NCBI GenBank assembly: GCA_029984855.1
Contig: JARQZL010000016.1
Coordinates: forward strand, 1,482-65,481
Direction of reading: 5' to 3'
Length of the DNA: 64,000 nt
Source: Archaeoglobales archaeon
GTDB taxonomy: Archaea; Halobacteriota; Archaeoglobi; Archaeoglobales; Archaeoglobaceae
How positions within the stretch are numbered: the first letter of the stretch is position 1; the number at the start of each line of letters is the position of its first letter. The notes beneath the pieces were generated by a model. It did not search any database. It was not told the DNA's origin and was given only the letters and a program-made list of their open reading frames with translations. The position numbers were made by a program, and so were the translations under genes. Of the stretch, positions 56,158-63,679 are shown piece after piece.

Positions 56158-56574
56158 ATGAAAGTTGTTGCATTCCTGTGCAGATGGTGTGCATATGCTG
56201 GAGCTGACACGGCTGGAGTTGGTAGAATGAAATATCCAGCGAATCTGAGGCCGATAAAAGTAATGTGCTCGGGAAGGGTCGATCCGATCCACGTGCTGTA
56301 TGCCTTGAGGAAGGGAGCAAGCTGCGTTCTCGTTGCCGGCTGCCATCCTGGTGATTGCCACTATGTTAAGGGCAACATTCAGATGAGCAGGAGGATGTTT
56401 CTGCTGAAGAATCTCATTGAATTCCTCGGTATAGAGCCTGAAAGGATTCAGGTGGAGTACATATCTGCGGGGGAGGCAAAGAAGTTCTCGGAAGTCGCAA
56501 GGAGAGTTGTTGAGAATGCTGCTGGCATGGATGGAAGCAGATTGAAGGCAGAGTGGGAGGAAGACCATGAATGA
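56158..56574 (+). CDS. mvhD: MvhD-type (methyl-viologen-reducing hydrogenase delta-like) [2Fe-2S] protein
   Basis: VVAFLCRWCAYAGADTAG...MCSGRVDP...VAGCHPGDCHY. The ATG at 56158 lies about 40 nt downstream of TTTAAATTT. Confidence 0.85.
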   Translation: MKVVAFLCRWCAYAGADTAGVGRMKYPANLRPIKVMCSGRVDPIHVLYALRKGASCVLVAGCHPGDCHYVKGNIQMSRRMFLLKNLIEFLGIEPERIQVEYISAGEAKKFSEVARRVVENAAGMDGSRLKAEWEEDHE

Positions 56575-57466
56575 AGTAAGTCTTGAAAATGTCGATTTAA
56601 TTTTAGGGTGGCAGAAGGGAGAGCTCGTGGCAAAACCCTTTATTGCGAAAAACGAAGAGGATATACCAAAACTGATAGCCGATTTTACATGTTCAATAAA
56701 CCTCGTCAGGTTTCTGCACGACCTCGAATTTGATGGAAAGGCAGGCATATTTGTAAAGGGGTGTGATGCGAGAAGCCTTGAAATGCTGATAAAAGAGGGG
56801 AAAGTTGATAGAGACAGGCTGCACATCATAGGGGTGCCCTGCAGGGGAGTGGTTGATGCGAAAAAGGCCATGCGAATTATTGAAATGGAGGGATTGAAAA
56901 GCCCCATCAGTGTTACGGATGAGGGGGATTTCACTCTCACCGATGGAAATAAGACGGTAAGGGTGAAAAGAGAAGAGCTTCTCGCCTCGTGCTGCCTTAC
57001 ATGCAGAAGCCCCACACCTCAAATCTATGATACTCTGATTGGAGAGCCTGTTGAAGGAAGTAAGGATGAATTTAAAGATGTAGAAGAAATTGAAAGTCTC
57101 AGCCTTCAGGAGCGGTGGGAATTCTGGAGTGACACACTATCACGATGCATTCGCTGCTATGCATGCAGAGAGGTTTGCCCAATGTGCTACTGCAAGGAAT
57201 GCCTTGTTGACCCTACAAACGTGGTTGTGACACCCAAAACAACGGCATATGAAAAAGCCAACAGGCCTGTATGGATTTCAAAGGCATCGCAACTTCAGGA
57301 AAACATGATATACCATCTAATACGGGCAATGCATCTGGCGGGAAGGTGTGCTGATTGCGGGGAGTGTGAGAGAGCATGCCCGATGGAGATACCGGTCAGG
57401 CTGCTCATGAGAAAGGCTGAGAAAGACCTGCGGGAGATTGAAGCGAGGCTCGCTGCGATGGGGTGA
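56567..57466 (+). CDS. Fe-S protein with two 4Fe-4S motifs (FlxC-like)
   Basis: 299 aa. CIRCYACREVCPMCYC and CADCGECERACP. It overlaps the mvhD stop by 8 nt. Confidence 0.6.
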   Translation: MNEVSLENVDLILGWQKGELVAKPFIAKNEEDIPKLIADFTCSINLVRFLHDLEFDGKAGIFVKGCDARSLEMLIKEGKVDRDRLHIIGVPCRGVVDAKKAMRIIEMEGLKSPISVTDEGDFTLTDGNKTVRVKREELLASCCLTCRSPTPQIYDTLIGEPVEGSKDEFKDVEEIESLSLQERWEFWSDTLSRCIRCYACREVCPMCYCKECLVDPTNVVVTPKTTAYEKANRPVWISKASQLQENMIYHLIRAMHLAGRCADCGECERACPMEIPVRLLMRKAEKDLREIEARLAAMG

Positions 57467-57470
57467 TTGG

Positions 57471-58388
57471 ATGGAGTTTCTGTGCAGTGAAGAGGATATA
57501 GTCAACTGGCTCGCCTCAAAGCTTGAGGAATACGCTGTTTACATCCCCTCTGAATACGGTTTTGAAAGAGCATCCTCATCTGATGAGCTAAAGCTGAACT
57601 TTCCACTTCCGGCAATCTCCATAAAGAGTCTGTTTTTTCCCCACTCTGATGTACTGATGAGGTTCAGAGGGAAAGAGATTGTGGAAGCTCTGCCGGATGA
57701 AGAGAAAAAGATTGTTCTCACAAAAGCCTGCGATGCCAATTCTCTGAAAGTCCTTGACGCAGTCTTCCTTTCTGAGCCCGTCGACCCGTACTATGAGAGG
57801 AGAAGGAAGAATACAGTAATTGTAACAGTCGAGTGCGAACAGATGTGCTATGGTGGCTTTTGTAAGGATATCGGTATTGAACCTGAAGGGGATGTTGTAA
57901 TCAGGCGGAGAGGGAAAAGTTATTGCGTTGAGGTCAGAAATAGCGAACTCCTTCCGGAGTTTGAGAAGTTCGAAGCATGCGATGAAGGGGCTGAAGAAAC
58001 GGCCAAAGGAACAAAGGAGAATTTGCTGAATATAGAGTGGCTCGAAGACGCCTTTGAGAGCGAGGTGTGGGATGAAGTCTCGAGGTTCTGTATTTCCTGC
58101 GGTGTATGCACTTATTTGTGTCCTACGTGCCACTGCTTTGACATAACGGATAGCGGGAGAGTGAGGATAAGGACTTGGGACTCCTGCCAGTTCCCATACT
58201 TCACCATGCACACCTCAGGCTACAATCCGAGGCCTGAGAAAAAGCACAGGCTGAGGAACAGAATTTACCACAAGTTTTCCTATTTCCCTCAACGCTATGG
58301 CATTGTTGCCTGTGTGGGTTGTGGGAGATGCGTGAGGATGTGCCCGTCGCGTATAGATATCAGAGAGCTTGTGCTCAGGAGGGATTGA
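57471..58388 (+). CDS. Fe-S protein of the AsrA / sulfhydrogenase-beta (HydB) / FlxB type
   Basis: CISCGVCTYLCPTCHC and CVGCGRCVRMCP. The ATG at 57471 is 4 nt after the upstream stop. Confidence 0.65.
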   Translation: MEFLCSEEDIVNWLASKLEEYAVYIPSEYGFERASSSDELKLNFPLPAISIKSLFFPHSDVLMRFRGKEIVEALPDEEKKIVLTKACDANSLKVLDAVFLSEPVDPYYERRRKNTVIVTVECEQMCYGGFCKDIGIEPEGDVVIRRRGKSYCVEVRNSELLPEFEKFEACDEGAEETAKGTKENLLNIEWLEDAFESEVWDEVSRFCISCGVCTYLCPTCHCFDITDSGRVRIRTWDSCQFPYFTMHTSGYNPRPEKKHRLRNRIYHKFSYFPQRYGIVACVGCGRCVRMCPSRIDIRELVLRRD

Positions 58389-58389
58389 G

Positions 58390-59244
58390 ATGAACCCCTA
58401 TCTTCCGAAGCCAGCGGTGATAAAGGAGATACACCGGGAAGTGGAAGGGGAGAGGGCCATAAAGACATTCAGGATAAGACCAATTGATGGAAATTTCGAT
58501 TTCACGCCAGGTCAGACTGCAATGGTCTCCGTTTTCGGCAAGGGGGAAAGCATGTTTGCAATATCCGCCTATCCAGATATCGAATTCACCGTTATGAGGG
58601 TTGGAAGGGTTACTTCAGCTCTGCATCAAATGAAGAAGGGGGACACCGTTGGCATCCGGGGACCACTCGGCAACGGCTTCCCTGTTAAGGAATGGGAAGG
58701 TAAAAACATCCTCCTGATTGGCGGTGGCGTTGGTATGGCTCCTCTTCGCTCAGTTCTTCATTACATTCTGGACAACAGAGATAAATACGGTGGACTGACA
58801 GTGATGTGTGGCGCAAGGACTTCTAAGGATATTATTTACAGAGATGAGCTCGAAAAGCTGATGGATGGAGAAGACGTCTGGCTCTCTGTGGACAATGAGG
58901 AGGAGGGATGGTTCAAGCTGAACTGGGATAAGCCGGAAGAAAGCCAGATTCCTGATGGCACAAGAAAGCTTGTGGGCTTCGTTCCAATGGTTGTTGCAGC
59001 CGTAAAACCATCCCCTGAGAACTGCATAGCCGTAACGTGCGGCCCGCCGGTAATGATAAAGTTCGTGGTTCAGAACCTGCTGAAGCTTGGTTTTAAGGAG
59101 GAGCAGATATACACAACACTCGAGAACAAGATGAAGTGCGGGATTGGTAAGTGCGGGAGATGCAATATAGGCAGCGTTTACGTATGTAAGGATGGGCCGG
59201 TTTTCAGATACGATTTTATAAAGAAATTACCTCCGGACTTCTGA
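58390..59244 (+). CDS. FAD/NAD(P)-binding + [2Fe-2S] oxidoreductase of the AsrB / HydG / PyrK / FlxA type
   Basis: GQTAMVSVFG...RVGRVTS...LLIGGGVGMAPLRS, and C-terminal CGIGKCGRCNIG...VCKDGPVF. Confidence 0.75.
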   Translation: MNPYLPKPAVIKEIHREVEGERAIKTFRIRPIDGNFDFTPGQTAMVSVFGKGESMFAISAYPDIEFTVMRVGRVTSALHQMKKGDTVGIRGPLGNGFPVKEWEGKNILLIGGGVGMAPLRSVLHYILDNRDKYGGLTVMCGARTSKDIIYRDELEKLMDGEDVWLSVDNEEEGWFKLNWDKPEESQIPDGTRKLVGFVPMVVAAVKPSPENCIAVTCGPPVMIKFVVQNLLKLGFKEEQIYTTLENKMKCGIGKCGRCNIGSVYVCKDGPVFRYDFIKKLPPDF

Positions 59245-59346
59245 TTTATTTTATTTCTGCCATATTTGTGAGCTGTATACTCATTCATATTTGTAATTCT
59301 GTATACTCATTCAGGATACACATGTGGGTAGCTTTAAGAACTATTT

Positions 59347-60111
59347 TTAAGAACTATTGAACTCCAGATCGAGAAGAGAGGGGTTGTTTACTGCAGCTAT
59401 CTTGGCTCTTCCCTCTCCAAGCGATAAATACCGTTCAACTTCTATTCTTCCACCTTTCGAGCTCTCCCCGACCCACTCCCCAGCCTCTCTGGCAATAATC
59501 TCTCCCCCCTCCATGCCGAAGCCCAGAGCATTGCCAGCTTTTTCAACCACTATTTTACCCCCTTTCATTTCCATCCCCACCCAGTCACCTGCCTCTTTTA
59601 CAAATATTTTGCCACCTTTCATACCCCTGCCGAGATAGTTCCCGGTTGATGGCGTTATAATTTCACCGTCCTCCATCTCCATACCGAGATATGTCGTTCT
59701 GCCTTCAACGTAGAGCTTACCTCCTCTCATCCTGAAACCTATTCCCGAAGCGGGATGGGCTTTGAGCCTGATGGAAAAGTCCTCCATATTTCTGAGAAAT
59801 CCGGAGATGAAAAAGCCCACAATTCCACCGTAGTGTGAGAGTACATCGTTGAACAGAACCTCAACCTTCTGAGGTGAGAGAGGATACTGGGATGCAAGCC
59901 TTCTTCCCAGCCTGAATACCCCTTCAAAAACTTCATATCTCCAGCCCTGCTTGCCCATAGCCCACTCAACGTAGGATTGAACGATATCCTCCAGAACATC
60001 AGATGAAGCGAAGCGGGTATATCTGCTGAATGTCTGGTGCTCTTCCGACACTCTAAGGCCACTTGCAAGTCTGGAGATTATTCTATCTCTTTCCATCCTC
60101 CCTCTTTCCAT
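59347..60111 (-). CDS. GXGXG beta-helix protein 2 (helical N-domain + FwdC/GltB3-type repeats)
   Basis: 254 aa. GIGFRMRGGKLYVEG...LGRGMKGGKIFVKEAGDWVGMEMKGGKIVVEKAGNALGFGMEGGEIIAREAG. It overlaps the upstream paralogue by 34 nt. Confidence 0.7.
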   Translation of the reverse strand: MERGRMERDRIISRLASGLRVSEEHQTFSRYTRFASSDVLEDIVQSYVEWAMGKQGWRYEVFEGVFRLGRRLASQYPLSPQKVEVLFNDVLSHYGGIVGFFISGFLRNMEDFSIRLKAHPASGIGFRMRGGKLYVEGRTTYLGMEMEDGEIITPSTGNYLGRGMKGGKIFVKEAGDWVGMEMKGGKIVVEKAGNALGFGMEGGEIIAREAGEWVGESSKGGRIEVERYLSLGEGRAKIAAVNNPSLLDLEFNSS

Positions 60112-60860
60112 AGAAAAATCTTTCCCCCTTCTCTCTGCCCGAAAGAGGACACTCTGCCCTTGATTTTGATTGTGCCCCCCTTCATGCCAATTCCAACGTA
60201 CTGCCCGGCATTTCCGAAAACTATAATCTTTCCACTTTCCATTGAATCTCCAAGGCGCCAGCTAACATTGCCTCTGATGAGTATCTCTCCCCCTTTCATT
60301 CCTTTACCGACTTCATCGCCTGTATAGCCTGTTACGACAATTCGGCCATCTTCCATTTCTTCTCCAAGATGGCCACCTGCATACCCTTCTATAGTGAGGT
60401 TACCACCTGGATGCCTGAAGCCAAAACCCCAGCAGAAGCCAACTCTGGTGCTGACAAGCATTCCCGGAACTTTTGGTGTAAGGGTCAGGACTTTATCTTT
60501 TATAATATCGTGGTACAGGCCGGAGACAAAATACCCCAGGTAGCTGTCATACAGCGGATGACAGAGCAGTCCTCTGATTTCTCCCGACCTCTTTTTGAGA
60601 ACTTCGTAGGCTACGTTGTTAACTGTCTCTTCAACCTCTTTCAGGGTCATGGAGTACTTCCTTCTCATCTTTCTTCCGAAATTAAAGCACTTCTCGGGAT
60701 TGAGCTGGAATGCCAGGTTCAGCTCCATATCCAGATATTCTGTTACAAGATCCACGAATCTCTGAGTATCGTGGCTATCTTGGACTTCTACAGGTTTTCC
60801 TTCAGGAATGCTGAGATCCTTGGCAAGTCTATCAATTATCCTCATGTGCCTCTCCTCCAC
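60078..60860 (-). CDS. GXGXG beta-helix protein 1 (helical N-domain + FwdC/GltB3-type repeats)
   Basis: 260 aa. GHLGEEMEDGRIVVTGYTGDEVGKGMKGGEILIRGN...GNAGQYVGIGMKGGTIKIKG. The alternative ATG at 60845 forms an ATGA overlap with the VWA stop. Confidence 0.7.
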   Translation of the reverse strand: MEERHMRIIDRLAKDLSIPEGKPVEVQDSHDTQRFVDLVTEYLDMELNLAFQLNPEKCFNFGRKMRRKYSMTLKEVEETVNNVAYEVLKKRSGEIRGLLCHPLYDSYLGYFVSGLYHDIIKDKVLTLTPKVPGMLVSTRVGFCWGFGFRHPGGNLTIEGYAGGHLGEEMEDGRIVVTGYTGDEVGKGMKGGEILIRGNVSWRLGDSMESGKIIVFGNAGQYVGIGMKGGTIKIKGRVSSFGQREGGKIFLWKEGGWKEIE

Positions 60861-62257
60861 CTTATGACTATCCCGGGTATATCTTTTTCGTCCTCAACTT
60901 CGTAGAAGTTTGTCGCTACTTCTTTTAGCCTCTTACCCCTTTTTACAAAATCTTTAACATCCTTTGCGTACTCGTTTATCCAGATGACTGTGAGATTGAG
61001 AGAAGATAACTCCTTTACAGCCTCTTCAATATTTTCTATACCTGCATCGGTTATAAGTATGAAATCGAATTTACTGCAGCCGTACCTTTCAATGTAACTC
61101 TTCAATCTGTCTGCATTGAGTCGTGTTCCACCGCCTTGGTAGATGGCAAGAGTCTCGTACACTTCTCTCCCCCTGCAAGGCGGTAGCTCCAAGTTTCTAC
61201 CTGAAAAGTTCACAACTCCAACTTTCCCGCCAATATCCATGTAGCTTCTGGCAACTGCAAATGCCCCAAGGACAGCATAAGAGCACTTTTTTGGATCTTT
61301 CATACTTCCTGAAGAATCTATTACTATAACAGCGTTTCTTGCTTCGCTGCTAACACCGTAGAATTCCTCAGCACTGTACTTCTTTGCAATTCCGGGTATC
61401 ACCCTGCCATAACTCTCCACAGGGCTGTAAAATTCTACTGAGTCGTCGAGAGAAAAATCCACGAGCTCATTAGGGTAAAGAGAGCCAGTTTTTTCAGATG
61501 ATTCGATGTAAACAACGTATCTTGAAGCTCGATGAATATACCAGTCCACATCAGCTTTCCTCTGTTCCCCCTGCTCGCCAGAAATTCCCAGAAACTTCGA
61601 AATTTCCTCAAACTCCTTCAGGTCAACTTCTCTTGCAATTTCGGCCATTGCCCTTTCCACATCCTCTTTTGAGAAATCTCCAAGTTCCGGATTCTCAAAG
61701 GGCAGGGATATTTCGAGGTCGTGAACAAGCTCAGAAAACTTCAGCAGGTTGGACTTCAGTCTCTTTCTGTCGAGGAAGTCTATTTTCAAGAGGGATTCCA
61801 GTCTTTTCTCCAGCTTCTCATCAAGCTCAGTTCTTCCAAAGTCGATGCCTGTAATACGAGAGAAGTAAGCTCTGATCAACGCATCACCCTCGCTTCTGAC
61901 TGGCAGTTCTCTGTACATCTCCGCAACTGCATCAAGCCCCCTGTTAACTACCAAGTCTAAATTTACAACGACGTCATCGAACAGCTCCCGAATTGCGTTT
62001 CCGTTTTCATAGTCTCTCAGCCAGAAAGATTCCAAGATTACTGTTTTCAAGTCGTAAGGATGTCTTGCCCAGTGATTCAGTGCATGATGAAAAGCACCAA
62101 GCAAGCCTTCTCTGCTCAGCATCTTTAAAAGTTCTCGTCCGGCAACAATCCTGTGCCTTCTTGAAAGCTCCAGTCTGCATTCTGCCCCGTTAATAATCTT
62201 GAGGTCAATTGGAGGGTAATAAAGATCACTTCTTGCCCTCTCAAAAACTTCCCTCAT
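60842..62257 (-). CDS. VWA/MIDAS-domain protein with a long helical N-terminal region
   Basis: 471 aa. MIDAS VIVIDSSGSM...QGGGTRL...LITDAGI in the last 190 aa or so. The N-region carries FHHALNHWARHPYD. Confidence 0.8.
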   Translation of the reverse strand: MREVFERARSDLYYPPIDLKIINGAECRLELSRRHRIVAGRELLKMLSREGLLGAFHHALNHWARHPYDLKTVILESFWLRDYENGNAIRELFDDVVVNLDLVVNRGLDAVAEMYRELPVRSEGDALIRAYFSRITGIDFGRTELDEKLEKRLESLLKIDFLDRKRLKSNLLKFSELVHDLEISLPFENPELGDFSKEDVERAMAEIAREVDLKEFEEISKFLGISGEQGEQRKADVDWYIHRASRYVVYIESSEKTGSLYPNELVDFSLDDSVEFYSPVESYGRVIPGIAKKYSAEEFYGVSSEARNAVIVIDSSGSMKDPKKCSYAVLGAFAVARSYMDIGGKVGVVNFSGRNLELPPCRGREVYETLAIYQGGGTRLNADRLKSYIERYGCSKFDFILITDAGIENIEEAVKELSSLNLTVIWINEYAKDVKDFVKRGKRLKEVATNFYEVEDEKDIPGIVIRWRRGT

Positions 62258-62258
62258 A

Positions 62259-63545
62259 TCAGCTCCTCAGAAGGCTTGTAAAGAAAGGATGGCCTATTTT
62301 TTCGGCCATCTGCTCCATTTTTTCCAGATCTCCTTCTTTGAGAGCCTTATATGCTACTATCTGATAGTTTCTGTGCTCCTCCCATCTCCTCATTGCCTTT
62401 GCAATTGCGTCTTTCACAGCATGAAATTCATCGCTGGTATCCTTCTCTACATCTCTGACCTCGGCGAGCTTTGCATCGCTAACCCCGCCTCGGTGCCAGA
62501 GTGCATATGGAAGTACCGCCATTACGTGTGAAAGTGAGACGTCTCCTCCTTCAAACCAGGCCAGAGCTTTGGAATATATAAAAACACTTCTTTCAGCTCT
62601 GTTAGATATACTGTAGATGTCCGAACAGATATAGCCGGCGTAATGGCATCCATCGCACCTGGCGAAGTCCTTTCTGCCGAGCTGGCAGTAAGCCTCTTGG
62701 GACAGGTAGTCCAGAAAGAGCTCGACATCATCTGAAACGTCTATTTTTTCAATTTCTTTTCTCATTTTTCTCATTTCATTCCATGTGGGGATCTCCAGCT
62801 TTATCCCCTCTTTTTTGAGCCTCTCCATTATTTTTTCTCTGAAGTCTGAAGATACCTCTTTCACATACTTTTCAGCCTCTTTTCCGTTAAGTTCATGAAT
62901 ATGAGCAATCATCTCCTCAGTGAGCCTTGCGTCTCTCAAAAAGCCATCGTTGACACCTCTTCTGATAAATCTTTTCCTGACAGGGTGAATTCTTCCAGTT
63001 TCAACCGCAATGTCGAAGCGGTCGAGCAGAGGAGGTATCAACTTGGTTGTGCCAGTATCCTGGTAGTTTATCGTGGCAAAAAATGCTTTGTTGGTGGTAA
63101 TCAGCGTGGAGCCACGGTAGCTCCATATACTTCTGTCCACCTCGTTCAGCAGCATGCTCTGCTTGCCAGGAGGCAGTCTGTTTATTTCATCTATTATTAT
63201 CGCAGGACAGAACGGGGTGATTTTCCATCTAACAACTTCTTTCCCCCCTTTTTCAAGAGCAGCAAGGTCAAGAGTAGCCTTTATTTTCTCCTCCGTCTGC
63301 TCCGGATGGCCGTGGATTGTTGCGGCCTGAACGAATTCGAGAGGAACTGCTTTTACAAGACTGGCAATACGCTCACTCGAAGTGGTCTTTCCACTCCCGT
63401 ATTCTCCAAATATAAGCTCTTTTCCGTCAAGGATGAGAGTGAGTATTCCGAAGAGTACCAAGGGATCGTATTTCTCTCTATTAACCTCCAGCCTTTCGTC
63501 CCCATAGTATAACCTTGTGCATATCAGATCGTATAGTCGCTTCAT
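62259..63545 (-). CDS. MoxR-class AAA+ ATPase with an extended Cys-containing C-terminal region
   Basis: 428 aa. Walker A GEYGSGKTT (res 47-55), Walker B AIIIDEINR (115-123), FFATINYQD, PPLLDRFD, and C287-x9-C297-x2-C300-x6-C307. Confidence 0.85.
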   Translation of the reverse strand: MKRLYDLICTRLYYGDERLEVNREKYDPLVLFGILTLILDGKELIFGEYGSGKTTSSERIASLVKAVPLEFVQAATIHGHPEQTEEKIKATLDLAALEKGGKEVVRWKITPFCPAIIIDEINRLPPGKQSMLLNEVDRSIWSYRGSTLITTNKAFFATINYQDTGTTKLIPPLLDRFDIAVETGRIHPVRKRFIRRGVNDGFLRDARLTEEMIAHIHELNGKEAEKYVKEVSSDFREKIMERLKKEGIKLEIPTWNEMRKMRKEIEKIDVSDDVELFLDYLSQEAYCQLGRKDFARCDGCHYAGYICSDIYSISNRAERSVFIYSKALAWFEGGDVSLSHVMAVLPYALWHRGGVSDAKLAEVRDVEKDTSDEFHAVKDAIAKAMRRWEEHRNYQIVAYKALKEGDLEKMEQMAEKIGHPFFTSLLRS

Positions 63546-63573
63546 CTGAGAATCTCTGAAAAGGATGTAGATA

Positions 63574-63605
63574 TTGATTACGATTGAAGTTGATTACGAT
63601 TGAAA
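63574..63605. repeat. 16-bp tandem direct repeat TTGATTACGATTGAAG/TTGATTACGATTGAAA, 29-60 nt upstream of the ATPase start codon
   Basis: Read directly. It lies between an oligo-T/A TATA-like stretch (about 63607-63640) and the ATG at 63545 on the minus strand. Confidence 0.8.
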
Positions 63606-63679
63606 TGGGATAAAAAATTGAGATAAATAGATAAAGATAAGGATAATAGCAATGTGGATGAATCCCTGCTGTTTTTAAT

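Noticed and set aside
56137-57015. 292-aa minus-strand ORF opposite mvhD and the FlxC-like gene
   Set aside because: Antisense to two genes with textbook Fe-S motifs. No motifs of its own.
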